From Clostridia bacterium (GTDB lineage: Bacteria > Bacillota > Clostridia > Oscillospirales > RGIG5299): 64,000 nt of DNA. A program made the translations under genes and the position numbers. The stretch lies in NCBI GenBank assembly GCA_017504945.1, contig JAFVQJ010000023.1, positions 11,745 to 75,744 of the forward strand. Direction: 5' to 3'. Shown piece after piece: positions 46,884-57,414 of the stretch; position 1 is the first letter of the stretch, and each line of letters starts with the position of its first letter. The notes under the pieces are model-generated. The model did not search any database. It was not told the origin of the DNA and saw only the letters and a list, made by a program, of their open reading frames with translations.

Positions 46884-47615
46884 ATGAACAAAAACGACAT
46901 TATCTACGCCATTAAAAAATTTTTAAAGGGCAACGGATTTTATCTTGCTCTCGGAATATGTCTTGTGGCGGTGCTGACTCTTGCAATAACCACCGCAGGC
47001 GGCGATATCCCCGAGGATATCGAATATCCGAGCTCGGTTACCGAGCTTCCGAGCAGTGAGCCGCCCTCAAGCGTAACGCCGCCCGAAAGCGACGTTGAGG
47101 ACGTGGGCAAAAACGAGAGCGGCGTAACGCCCGACAGCTCCGAGCCCGAATCCGAGCCCGAGCCTGAACCCGAACCGGAACCGGAACCCGAGCCTGAGCC
47201 GGAACCCGACAAAAGCTTTTATTTGCCGACGGAAAACACGGTAACTCTCGGATATTCGAAAGACAATCTCGTATTTTCCGACACGCTCGGCGAGTGGCGC
47301 ACTCACCTTGCAACCGATTTTGAGGGTGATATAGGCGATAAGATACGTGCTGTGTCGTACGGCGAGGTCGCCGACATCTACAACGACGAGCTTTACGGCA
47401 CCACCGTGATAATCGACCACGGCGAAAACCTTCTTTCGAGATATTCGGGGCTTCGTAACGTAACGGTTAAAACGGGCGAAACGGTTGAGGGAAAAAGCGT
47501 TATCGGCGAGCTTTCGGGCGATATTCCGCTTGAGGAAAGAGATGGAGTACACCTTCATTTCGAGCTTATCAAAAACGGTGAGCAGATAGATATAAATGAA
47601 CTTTTAACCAAGTAA
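46884..47615 (+). CDS. M23 peptidase-domain protein (SpoIIQ-like) with PE-repeat linker
   Basis: N-terminal TM helix, (EP)n linker, WRTHLATD (HxxxD) and HLHFE; directly after spoIID. Confidence 0.8.
   Translation: MNKNDIIYAIKKFLKGNGFYLALGICLVAVLTLAITTAGGDIPEDIEYPSSVTELPSSEPPSSVTPPESDVEDVGKNESGVTPDSSEPESEPEPEPEPEPEPEPEPEPDKSFYLPTENTVTLGYSKDNLVFSDTLGEWRTHLATDFEGDIGDKIRAVSYGEVADIYNDELYGTTVIIDHGENLLSRYSGLRNVTVKTGETVEGKSVIGELSGDIPLEERDGVHLHFELIKNGEQIDINELLTK
47141..47208 (+). repeat. In-frame Glu-Pro hexamer repeat
   Basis: GA(G/A)CC(N) repeated about 10 times, encoding EPESEPEPEPEP... Confidence 0.85.
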
Positions 47616-47631
47616 AAATGTGCAAATGCAC

Positions 47632-47665
47632 AAAAAGAGATTCGCTTTTTTGCGAATCTCTTTTT
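47632..47665 (+). terminator. Terminator after the spoIID-M23 pair
   Basis: AAAAAGAGATTCGC-TTTTTT-GCGAATCTCTTTTT. Confidence 0.75.
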
Positions 47666-47693
47666 AAAATTCATAAAAATTTTCAAAAAACTA

Positions 47694-47722
47694 TTGACAA
47701 ACATTGGGAAAAGGCATATACT
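47694..47722 (+). promoter_or_regulatory. sigma-A promoter for the sigH-like gene
   Basis: TTGACA (47694-99), 17 nt, TATACT (47717-22). Confidence 0.7.
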
Positions 47723-47756
47723 TACTATGTATTATTATTTTGGGGGATAGCCGCCG

Positions 47757-48332
47757 TTGAAGCTTTTAGAGGTAAACTACGATGAAATGACGGACGTTGA
47801 ACTCGTCAAAGCTTTTTCGAAGGGCGACTCCAACGCCATCGGCGTTATCTTCTCGCGCTATACGGGATTTCTCAAGTCAAAGGCGGCATCGTTTGACTGC
47901 AGCTATTACAACGAGGACCTTATGCAAGAGGGCAAGATAGGCTTGTTTAAGGCGGTGCTTCACTTCGATGAAAGCGCCGGCGTGCCCTTTTCCTCTTATG
48001 CAACGGTTTGTGCATTTCACGAAATGCTTAAATTTTATAAGCGCGCGGTGATACGTCAGCGTGAAAACGAAATAAGCGATACGGCTCTTGCCGAGGCGGT
48101 CGACAAGCTTTCGCTCGACGATCTTCTCATCGGCAACGAGGGAGCCGAATTTATAAATAAGGCTATCGAATCGGAACTTTCCGATTTTGAAAAGCAGGTG
48201 CTTCGCGGCTACTTTATGAAAAAAAGCTATCAGCAGATAGCCGTCGAGCTTGACAGCAAGCCCAAGGCGGTCGATAACGCCCTTTCGCGCATAAAGAAAA
48301 AGATCGCGAAAAAGCTTGCGCAAAGAAACTGA
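47757..48332 (+). CDS. sigH: SigH-like RNA polymerase sigma factor
   Basis: EDLMQEGKIGLFKA; region 4 LSDFEKQVL...SYQQIA...KAVDNALSRIKKK. Confidence 0.8.
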   Translation: MKLLEVNYDEMTDVELVKAFSKGDSNAIGVIFSRYTGFLKSKAASFDCSYYNEDLMQEGKIGLFKAVLHFDESAGVPFSSYATVCAFHEMLKFYKRAVIRQRENEISDTALAEAVDKLSLDDLLIGNEGAEFINKAIESELSDFEKQVLRGYFMKKSYQQIAVELDSKPKAVDNALSRIKKKIAKKLAQRN

Positions 48333-48431
48333 AAATACGCCCGAATAGCTTAAAAAAAGCGCCTTTTCGGAGATGGCGGTGAGAGTCCGCCGAGGGCAAA
48401 AAAATATTATTACCAAAAGGTAGGTAAAACC

Positions 48432-48713
48432 ATGTTCCAGGACAAGACTTTAGTCTGCAAAGAGTGTGGAAAGGAATTCATTTTCACCGCAGGCGAGCAG
48501 GAATTCTACGCCGAGAAAGAATTCAAAAACGAGCCTCAGCGTTGCAAGGAGTGCAGAACTAACAGAAAACAGGCTATCAGAGCTACGAGAGAGATGTTCG
48601 AAGCAGTTTGCGCCGGTTGCGGCGGCACTGCAAAGGTTCCCTTCCAGCCCAAAGACGGCAGACCTGTTTACTGCAGCGAATGCTACGCAAAAATGAAGGA
48701 AGAAAACAACTGA
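48432..48713 (+). CDS. Zinc-ribbon + CxxC-x17-CxxC domain protein
   Basis: DKTLVCKECGKEFIFTAGEQEFY..K.F.NEPQRCKECR; CAGCG...VPFQP..GRPVYCSECY. Confidence 0.9.
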   Translation: MFQDKTLVCKECGKEFIFTAGEQEFYAEKEFKNEPQRCKECRTNRKQAIRATREMFEAVCAGCGGTAKVPFQPKDGRPVYCSECYAKMKEENN

Positions 48714-48799
48714 GCGATCGGTTGTTCGGCGAATTAACTGCTTTGTAAGTTTTTGTAAGTGAATTTTATTTATAATTAAATACAACGGTCAGTTAATTA

Positions 48800-48836
48800 A
48801 AAGCTCCGTCACACTTGGTGTGACGGAGTTTTTTTG
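48800..48836. terminator. Bidirectional terminator
   Basis: CTCCGTCACAC-TTG-GTGTGACGGAG followed by TTTTTTT. Confidence 0.8.
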
Positions 48837-48838
48837 AT

Positions 48839-50089
48839 TTATCTTATCTGGCCGTTGCCCTTTATTACGAATTTATAGGTGTTTAATTCCGAAAGCCCCA
48901 TGGGACCTCTCGCGTGCATCTTTTGAGTGGAGATGCCTATTTCCGCGCCGAGCCCGAACTCAAAGCCGTCGGTAAATCGGGTGGAGGCGTTGTGATATAC
49001 CGCCGCCGAATCTACTCCCTTTAAGAAGAGCGCCGCCGCCTCCTCGTTTTCGGTAACGATGCACTCGGAGTGGTGTGAGCTGTGCTCGTTTATATGAGCT
49101 ATCGCATCGGAAAGGGAGGAAACCTCTTTTACCGACATTTTATAGTCAAGATACTCTGTATAATAGTCCTCTTCTGTTGCCAAAAAGACCTTTTCCTTTG
49201 AAGAAAGGGCGTTGAAGCAGGCGCTTGAGCAATAGAGCGAAACGCTCTTTTGGTCAAGACGCTCCTTGATCTTGTCAAGAAGTCCGAGCCTGCTTTCGTG
49301 AATGAGCAGACTCTCGGCGGCGTTGCAGACCGAAACCCTCGAGGTCTTGGCGTTGAAGATGATATCGAGCGCCTTTTTCTCGTCGGCGTGCTCGTCGACG
49401 TAGATATGGCAGTTGCCGGTGCCCGTTTCAATAACGGGTATCAGCGAGTTTTCAACCGTTGCGCGAATAAGCCCCGCGCCGCCTCTGGGAATAAGCAGGT
49501 CGACGTAGTCCTTCATTTTCATAAGCGCCGCCGTGTCCTCTCTCGAAACGGAGTCGACGAAGCAGACGGTGTCCTCTGAAAGACCTGCCTTTGAAACGGC
49601 GTCGCGCATTATTTTACAGAGTATTCGGTTTGAGTTTATCGCTTCCTTGCCGCCCTTTAAAATAACGGCGTTGCCCGATTTTATGCAGAGCGCCGCCGCA
49701 TCCGCCGTGACGTTGGGACGCGACTCGTAGATAATTCCGATAACGCCTATCGGCACCGAGATCTTGGTTATTTTAAGCCCGTTCGGACGCACTTCCTCAC
49801 TCAAAACCCTGCCCGACGGATCGGGAAGCTCGGTAACCTGCAAGATGCCCTCGATAATGCCGTCGATGCGCTTGTCCGTAAGGGAAAGGCGGTCGATCAT
49901 AGACTCGCTCATACCGCTTTTTTTTGCGTTTTCGAGGTCCTTTTCATTTTCAAAAATTATTTCGGCGCGCCTTTTTGAGATCGCCAACGCAATCTCCGAA
50001 AGAGCGGCGTTTTTTTGATTGGAATCGGCGGCGCAAATGCCGTAGGACGCTTTCTTTGCCGCCTTGCAAAGCGCTGTTATATCAAACAT
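48839..50089 (-). CDS. proA: Gamma-glutamyl phosphate reductase
   Basis: GIIYESRPNVT, IPRGGAGLI, VSVCNAAE, NASTRFTDG.EFGLGAEIGISTQKMHARGPMG. Confidence 0.96.
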   Translation of the reverse strand: MFDITALCKAAKKASYGICAADSNQKNAALSEIALAISKRRAEIIFENEKDLENAKKSGMSESMIDRLSLTDKRIDGIIEGILQVTELPDPSGRVLSEEVRPNGLKITKISVPIGVIGIIYESRPNVTADAAALCIKSGNAVILKGGKEAINSNRILCKIMRDAVSKAGLSEDTVCFVDSVSREDTAALMKMKDYVDLLIPRGGAGLIRATVENSLIPVIETGTGNCHIYVDEHADEKKALDIIFNAKTSRVSVCNAAESLLIHESRLGLLDKIKERLDQKSVSLYCSSACFNALSSKEKVFLATEEDYYTEYLDYKMSVKEVSSLSDAIAHINEHSSHHSECIVTENEEAAALFLKGVDSAAVYHNASTRFTDGFEFGLGAEIGISTQKMHARGPMGLSELNTYKFVIKGNGQIR

Positions 50090-50094
50090 TAAAA

Positions 50095-50892
50095 TCAGTC
50101 CTTTTTCGGGAAAAATGTACCGATAAAGGCTTTGCCTTCAACGATATTGTAGAGCTCGTCGGCTCTTTGGCTGTTGATAAAATAGGTGTCGATTCCCGCC
50201 GCCGTGGCAACCTCTGCGGCGTGCACCTTGGTTATCATACCGCCCGTTCCCACACCTGAAACGGATATGCCGCAATGAGCCTTTATCTCGTCGTTTATCT
50301 CGGGAACCACCGAGATTATCCTGGCGTTTTCGTTTTTGGTGGGGTCGCAGTCGTAAAGACCGTCGCGGTCTGTCATAATGCAGAGGGTATCGCACTCGGA
50401 AAGCACCGCAACGAAGGCGGAGAGTGCGTCGTTATCGCCGAAGTTGCTTATTCCTATCTCGGCAGTGGAGATGGCGTCGTTTTCGTTGACTATCGGCACG
50501 ACGTTGTAATCAAGAAGGGTAAAAAAACTGTTTTTGGCGTTTTGCCTTTTGGTATCGACGTCGGCAATATCCTTGGTAAGAAGGAGCTGACCTATCGTGT
50601 AGCCGTATTCGGAAAAGAGCTTGTCGTAAAGATCCATAAGGGCGCACTGACCTACGGCGGCTGCCGCCTGACGCTCTCTCACCGTCTTCGGCTTGCCCGA
50701 AATGCCGAGCTTTGAGGCGCCTATTCCGATAGCGCCCGACGAGATGAGTACCACCTCTATATCTCTGTTTTTGAGGTCTGCAATAAGCCTTACCAGCTTC
50801 TCAATGGCTCCGATATTGATTTTTCCGTTTTTGTAGGTCACCGATGAGGTGCCGACCTTTATTGCAATTCGTTTTATGGTGCGCTCGGACAT
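50095..50892 (-). CDS. proB: Glutamate 5-kinase (short form lacking the PUA domain)
   Basis: IKVGTSS, SSGAIG, AAAAVGQ, IVNENDA, FGDND, GTGGMITK; ATG 50892 after GGAGG. Confidence 0.94.
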   Translation of the reverse strand: MSERTIKRIAIKVGTSSVTYKNGKINIGAIEKLVRLIADLKNRDIEVVLISSGAIGIGASKLGISGKPKTVRERQAAAAVGQCALMDLYDKLFSEYGYTIGQLLLTKDIADVDTKRQNAKNSFFTLLDYNVVPIVNENDAISTAEIGISNFGDNDALSAFVAVLSECDTLCIMTDRDGLYDCDPTKNENARIISVVPEINDEIKAHCGISVSGVGTGGMITKVHAAEVATAAGIDTYFINSQRADELYNIVEGKAFIGTFFPKKD

Positions 50893-51088
50893 AAAAACAA
50901 CGCCTCCGTTAAAATAGACTATAAAATATTTTACCACTTTAGCGCGTTATAGTCAACCGAAAAGTTGTATAAAAGAAAAAATGAAAAATAAATGTTAAAA
51001 TTTGATGATTTTTTATAAAATACTCTTTAAAAAAATATTATTTTATATTATAATATTATTTAAGAGAAAAAAACGGAGGTTTAAAATA

Positions 51089-51412
51089 ATGGAAAGACAG
51101 TACAATATCAATATCTGCGGTTATCAGTGCAACATCATAAGCGAGGAGAGTCGCGAGGAGATAGACAGAGCCATCGCGGCGGTTACCGAGCGCGTAAAGG
51201 CTATTACCGAGAATAACGACAGAGTGTCCACCACCATGGCGGCGCTTCTCGTTTCTATGGATCTTTACGAGGAGCTTGAGGAGGCTAAAATGGCAACGGG
51301 CAATCTCCGTATGCAGCTTAAGGGCTATTTCGACGACGCCGCCAGAGCCGACGAGGAAAAGCGCGCCTTAAAGCATGAGATAGCCGTTTTGAAGGCACGT
51401 CTCGGAGAATAA
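51089..51412 (+). CDS. zapA: Cell division protein ZapA
   Basis: INICGYQCNI.SEES, AALLVSMDL, C-terminal coiled coil; ATG 51089 after GGAGG. Confidence 0.75.
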   Translation: MERQYNINICGYQCNIISEESREEIDRAIAAVTERVKAITENNDRVSTTMAALLVSMDLYEELEEAKMATGNLRMQLKGYFDDAARADEEKRALKHEIAVLKARLGE

Positions 51413-51417
51413 TTTAA

Positions 51418-51870
51418 ATGCAGCTTAAAGTTAAAATAATTGAAAAAGAAAATATCGCGCCCGTACCGCTTCCCAAAAAACAGTCGGAGGAAGCGGCGGG
51501 CTTTAATCTGTCTGCCTCAATAGAGAAGGAGATAACGCTTGCTCACGGCGAGCTTGCGGTAATACCCACCGGCATTGCCGTTGAAATGGAAAGGGGTTAT
51601 ACCGGCCTTCTGTTCGGAAGAAGCGGTCTTGGGGTAAAGCACGGAATACATCCCTCAAACGCCGTCGGCGTTATCGACAGCGATTACAGAGGCGAGATAT
51701 GCGTTGGGCTTTGCAACGTAAGCAGCCGCCCCTACGTTATAAAGCCGTTTGACAGAGTGGCACAGCTCGTTATTATAAAAACGGCAGAGGTCGATATAGT
51801 GGAGGCATCAACCCTTTCCGAAAGCGAAAGAGGAGAAAAGGGCTTTGGCTCAACGGGAAAAGGCGTATAA
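51418..51870 (+). CDS. dut: dUTP diphosphatase (trimeric type)
   Basis: GRSGL, GVIDSDYRGEI, DRVAQL, RGEKGFGSTG. Confidence 0.93.
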   Translation: MQLKVKIIEKENIAPVPLPKKQSEEAAGFNLSASIEKEITLAHGELAVIPTGIAVEMERGYTGLLFGRSGLGVKHGIHPSNAVGVIDSDYRGEICVGLCNVSSRPYVIKPFDRVAQLVIIKTAEVDIVEASTLSESERGEKGFGSTGKGV

Positions 51871-51891
51871 TCATCGGAAGGAAGAAAAGCA

Positions 51892-52896
<1,005 letters not shown>

Positions 52897-52908
52897 GGTG
52901 ACTGACCG

Positions 52909-53745
52909 ATGGGCTTCTTCAAAAGCAAGTTTTTCATAGCGCTTTTGGCGGCGGTATTGTTTATCGCCGGCTTTTCTCTCTATTCCGTTACTCTCACGGA
53001 CGGCACAGCCGCGGGCAATATGGGTAAGGCGGTAACCGTTTTCTTTAAGGACGGCATCAATTCCGTGGGCAGATTTTTTGCCCGCGGCTTCGACGGTCTT
53101 TTTAACTACGGAAATCTCTTAAAGGAGAACGAGGAGCTTAAGCAGCAGATAAACGAGCTTGAAAAGGAGCTTATCAAAAACAGCGAGCTTATCGACGAGA
53201 ACGAGGAGCTTCGCAATATGCTCGGAATAATAGGCGACGAGAAAAAATACGAGCTCGTTGAGGGCTACGCCGTTTCCAAGGCGGACGGCGACTGGTTCTC
53301 GGTATTTACGGTAAACGTGGGCAGCTCAAAGGGCGTTTCGAAGGGCGACCCCGTTATCACCTGTGACGGACTTGCGGGCATCGTTACCGATGTCGGTGCA
53401 AATTGGGCTATCGTAACCTCGGTGATCGACACCGAATCAAACGTAGGCGGTCTTGTTTTAAGAACGGGCGACGCGGCTGTTTTAAAGGGTGACGCGGCTC
53501 TTATGCAAAAGGGACTTTGCCGCCTTTCTTATATTTCAAATACCGCGGTAATAAGCAGAGGAGATCTCGTTTACACCTCGGGACTCGGCGGCGTGGTGCC
53601 CTACGGAATTAAAATAGGCAAGATAAACGAGATATATTCCGACGAGCAGGGCGTTTCACTCTACGCGGTAATTCAGCCGTCCGTTGATTTTGCGAGCATT
53701 ACCAACGTTTACGTAATGATCGGAGAAGCAAATGAAGCTGATTGA
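52909..53745 (+). CDS. mreC: Rod shape-determining protein MreC
   Basis: TM helix, coiled coil (ENEELK..ENEELR), GLAGIV, GDLVYTSGLGGVVP.GI.IG. Confidence 0.92.
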   Translation: MGFFKSKFFIALLAAVLFIAGFSLYSVTLTDGTAAGNMGKAVTVFFKDGINSVGRFFARGFDGLFNYGNLLKENEELKQQINELEKELIKNSELIDENEELRNMLGIIGDEKKYELVEGYAVSKADGDWFSVFTVNVGSSKGVSKGDPVITCDGLAGIVTDVGANWAIVTSVIDTESNVGGLVLRTGDAAVLKGDAALMQKGLCRLSYISNTAVISRGDLVYTSGLGGVVPYGIKIGKINEIYSDEQGVSLYAVIQPSVDFASITNVYVMIGEANEAD

Positions 53746-54253
53746 AAAAATAACGGGTAAACGAATAGTAATTTATTTATTGCTTATCATCTCGCTCTTT
53801 TTAGAAACGGCAACGGCGCGTTTCTCTCTTTTCGGAGCAGAACCGTGCTTTGTATATCCCTGTCTGCTTACGGCGTGCTTTTACTTGGGCGAAAAGGAAA
53901 CGGCAATATTGGGTCTGATTTTCGGAATACTGCTCGATTTCGAGACCTCATTTATAGGATACAACGCAATATTTTTTGCGGTAACTCTTTACGGCATTTC
54001 AATAATGCTTCGCACCTTTTTGAACCGAAACGTGCTTACCTTCAGCGCGACCTCGCTTGCGACAAACGCGCTTTATATATTGCTTGCCTTCATCTTTTAT
54101 CTCTGCATAGGCAAGAAAATTCCGTTTTTTACGGGTTTTGCGGTTTTGGTGCTTCCGAAGCTTATTTTAAGCTTTGCGGTGGCGGAGATAAACTATTTTA
54201 TCTGCTATTTTGTAAGGGATCGCTTTACAAAATTCTGGGGAATCAATAAATAA
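53732..54253 (+). CDS. mreD: Rod shape-determining protein MreD
   Basis: Hydrophobic protein with GLIFGILLD, between mreC and pbp2. Confidence 0.78.
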   Translation: MKLIEKITGKRIVIYLLLIISLFLETATARFSLFGAEPCFVYPCLLTACFYLGEKETAILGLIFGILLDFETSFIGYNAIFFAVTLYGISIMLRTFLNRNVLTFSATSLATNALYILLAFIFYLCIGKKIPFFTGFAVLVLPKLILSFAVAEINYFICYFVRDRFTKFWGINK

Positions 54254-54279
54254 AATAACGGAAACGCTTTGAAAGGAGA

Positions 54280-56316
54280 GTGGCAATGAAAAAGAACCGA
54301 ATAATCATTTATTTCGTGGCAGTGGCTCTCGTTGCCGCTATCTTTTCCGGCAGACTTATAGACCTTCAAATAGTAAACGGTGAGGGCTATTATAAGCAAA
54401 CGCTCACCTCTATAACCAAAAGGACCGAGCTGAAGGCGTATCGCGGAGAGGTGCTTGACCGCTACGGCAGACCTCTTATAACCAACGTTATGAAATACGT
54501 GGTCTATATTGAGCGCTCCTTTATTCCGGAGGATAGCTATAACGACAGTCTGCTTGCAATAGCAAAGCTTTTTCGTGAAAGAGAAATACCCTATACCGAC
54601 ACCTTTATGATAGGCTATTTTCCCTATAAATTCCTCACGCTTGAGGAAAATTCACAAATAGACTCATATACCTTCGCCGACTTTTTGAAGTATTACGGCG
54701 TTAAAAATAACGGAAGTGCGCCCGAGATAATGGAGGCGCTTTCAAAGAAATTCAGGCTGCAGGGCTACGGCGAGACCGAAAAGAGAATTCTTATCGGCTT
54801 GCGTTACGATATGTACCGAAACGGTACCTCAAGCGGCAACCCCCTTATGTTTGCCGACGGTATCGACATTGAAACGGTAACGATACTTGAGGAAAATTCC
54901 TCTAAATATCCGGGCGTAATAGTTGAGGCTGAAACGGAGAGCAAATACACCTATCCGGGATACGCCTCCCATATTCTCGGCAGAGTGGGCAAGATATCCT
55001 CCTCCGAATACGCCGCCCTGAAGGGCGAGGGCTACACGATAAACGACTATATCGGCAAGGACGGAATTCAGAAATCCTTCGAGAGCTATCTTCGCGGCAT
55101 AAACGGCGTTAAGACCACCTATCTTGACAGCGATTACAATATAATCTCCACAGAGATAACCGAGCCTGCCAAAAACGGCAATAACGTAGTTTTAACGATA
55201 GATATAGAGCTTCAGATAACGGTTGAGAACGCACTTGCGGACCTCATTGCCGATATGCAGCAAAACAAGAGCAAATATCCAAACGGCGACGGCGACGCCG
55301 ACTCGGGCGCCGCGGTGGTGCTCGACGTAAAAACGGGCGAGATACTTGCAATGGCAAGTCATCCCACCTACGACCTGACCACCTTCACAGAGGATTACAA
55401 CTCGCTTGCATCAAACAGTCTGCTTCCGCTTCTCAACAGAGCGATAGGCGGCACCTACGAGCCCGGCTCGACTTATAAGCTCGTTTCGGCTATAATGGCG
55501 CTCAACGAGGATCTTATTACCTCGAAGACGATTTACAAATGCTCGGGCAGATATACCTATTACAGCGACTATCAGCCATACTGCTACGGTCAGATTGCCC
55601 ACGGCAACCTGAATATGAAAAGCGCGATAAGAAACTCCTGCAACTCCTACTTTTTCGATATAATACGTCAGCTCGGGCTCTCAACTCATAACCGATATTC
55701 GGCGATGTTCGGCTTCGGTCAGCTCACGGGTGTTGAGCTTATGGGCGAGTCGAGAGGATATTATCTCTCGAAGGAGCTTTTCGATCAGCGCGGTATGACG
55801 CCGGGCGATCAGCTTATGGTCGCGATAGGTCAGCTGAACACGGTAACGCCCATACAGCTTGCCTCCTACGTTCAGATGATAGCAAACGGTGAGGAGCGGC
55901 TTCAGCCGCATCTGCTCAAGGAGGTAATAGATTCGGGCTACAATAACGTTATTCATCAAAGCGGTCCGGTGGCTCTTTCGAGCTTTTCAGACCTCGGAAT
56001 ATCCAAAAAGGATATTGAGGCGGTCCACGAGGGAATGATATCTGCGGTAGCCGATATTTACAGAAGAAACCAGATGCTCGGCGAATTCAAGGCGGCGGCG
56101 AAAACGGGAACGGCAGAGGTGCCGGGAGGATCCCCGAACGCCATTTACGTTACCTTCGCGCCGTATGACGACCCCGAAATTGCCATTGCGGCGGTAATAG
56201 AGCACGGCGGCGAGGGCGGATATCTTGACGAGCTTGTAGCAAAGACCATGAAGCAATATTTCAGTACAAACGGTTCCGACTCGGATATAAACACCGAAGG
56301 AAGCTTAATTAAATAA
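54280..56316 (+). CDS. mrdA: Class B penicillin-binding protein 2
   Basis: RGEVLDRYG, GKDGIQK, PGSTYK (SxxK), SCN, KTG. Confidence 0.9.
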   Translation: MAMKKNRIIIYFVAVALVAAIFSGRLIDLQIVNGEGYYKQTLTSITKRTELKAYRGEVLDRYGRPLITNVMKYVVYIERSFIPEDSYNDSLLAIAKLFREREIPYTDTFMIGYFPYKFLTLEENSQIDSYTFADFLKYYGVKNNGSAPEIMEALSKKFRLQGYGETEKRILIGLRYDMYRNGTSSGNPLMFADGIDIETVTILEENSSKYPGVIVEAETESKYTYPGYASHILGRVGKISSSEYAALKGEGYTINDYIGKDGIQKSFESYLRGINGVKTTYLDSDYNIISTEITEPAKNGNNVVLTIDIELQITVENALADLIADMQQNKSKYPNGDGDADSGAAVVLDVKTGEILAMASHPTYDLTTFTEDYNSLASNSLLPLLNRAIGGTYEPGSTYKLVSAIMALNEDLITSKTIYKCSGRYTYYSDYQPYCYGQIAHGNLNMKSAIRNSCNSYFFDIIRQLGLSTHNRYSAMFGFGQLTGVELMGESRGYYLSKELFDQRGMTPGDQLMVAIGQLNTVTPIQLASYVQMIANGEERLQPHLLKEVIDSGYNNVIHQSGPVALSSFSDLGISKKDIEAVHEGMISAVADIYRRNQMLGEFKAAAKTGTAEVPGGSPNAIYVTFAPYDDPEIAIAAVIEHGGEGGYLDELVAKTMKQYFSTNGSDSDINTEGSLIK

Positions 56317-56331
56317 AAAAGGAAGAGAAAA

Positions 56332-57411
56332 ATGGGGATAAGACATTTAATTGATTTCAGTAACATTGACGTTGCAAGGTGGAACGAGCTTGTAAAGCTT
56401 ACAAACGAGATAATCGATTCACCGCAGGATTTTGCATCCGCCTGCAAGGGAAAGGTGCTCGCAACGCTCTTTTACGAGCCCTCAACGAGAACGAAATTCT
56501 CCTTTCAAACGGCAATGCTTCGCCTCGGAGGAAGCTATATCGGCTTTGATAACGCCGAAAATTCCTCTGTTTCGAAGGGCGAAACGCTTCGCGACACCAT
56601 AAAGATAGTAAATAACTACGCCGATATAATCGCAATGCGCCATCCCTACGAGGGCGCGGCTTATGCGGCAACGCTTTATTCCTCAACTCCCGTTATAAAC
56701 GCGGGCGACGGCGGTCATATGCACCCCACCCAGACTCTTGCCGACCTCACCACCATGATGAGAGAAAAGGGAACGCTCGAGGGTCTTAAAATAGGCATCT
56801 GCGGCGACCTCAAATACGGCAGGACCGTTCACTCGCTTTTAAAGGCGATGTCGCTTTTCAAAAACAACAAGTTTTATCTTATCTCCACCGAAAGCCTTTC
56901 AACTCCCAAATATATAATCGACGAGATCGTCAAAAGCGGAAACAGCTACGTTGAGTGCGACTCGCTCGATAAATATATCGACGAATTCGATTGCCTTTAT
57001 ATGACCCGTATCCAGCAGGAGAGATTTGCCTCCGAGGAGGAGTATCTTGCGCAGAAGGGCATCTTTGTTCTCGACGAGGCGAAGATGAAAAAGGCAAGAA
57101 AGGACCTTATAATAATGCATCCTCTGCCCAAAATAGACGAGATAACCGACGAGGTCGATTTCGACCCCCGCGCTCTCTATTTCAAGCAGGCCAAATACGG
57201 TATGTATGCGAGAATGGCGCTTATAAAAACTCTTCTTTCGGAGGATTTCGAGCTTCCCGAAAGACCTGTTCCGAGCAATTTGAACAACGTATTTTGCAGC
57301 AACCATAAATGCATAACGAGGCTTGAGCCCAACCTTCCCGCACAGTTTGGCGGAGAAGAGGGCGCAAGATTTTGCAAATACTGTGATTTTGAAGCTATCG
57401 AATGGAGATAA
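56332..57411 (+). CDS. pyrB: Aspartate carbamoyltransferase with fused C-terminal PyrI-like zinc domain
   Basis: FYEPSTRT, HPTQTL, GDLKYGRTVHS, RIQQER, MHPLP; tail CSNHKCIT...CKYCD. Confidence 0.93.
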   Translation: MGIRHLIDFSNIDVARWNELVKLTNEIIDSPQDFASACKGKVLATLFYEPSTRTKFSFQTAMLRLGGSYIGFDNAENSSVSKGETLRDTIKIVNNYADIIAMRHPYEGAAYAATLYSSTPVINAGDGGHMHPTQTLADLTTMMREKGTLEGLKIGICGDLKYGRTVHSLLKAMSLFKNNKFYLISTESLSTPKYIIDEIVKSGNSYVECDSLDKYIDEFDCLYMTRIQQERFASEEEYLAQKGIFVLDEAKMKKARKDLIIMHPLPKIDEITDEVDFDPRALYFKQAKYGMYARMALIKTLLSEDFELPERPVPSNLNNVFCSNHKCITRLEPNLPAQFGGEEGARFCKYCDFEAIEWR

Positions 57412-57414
57412 GCA

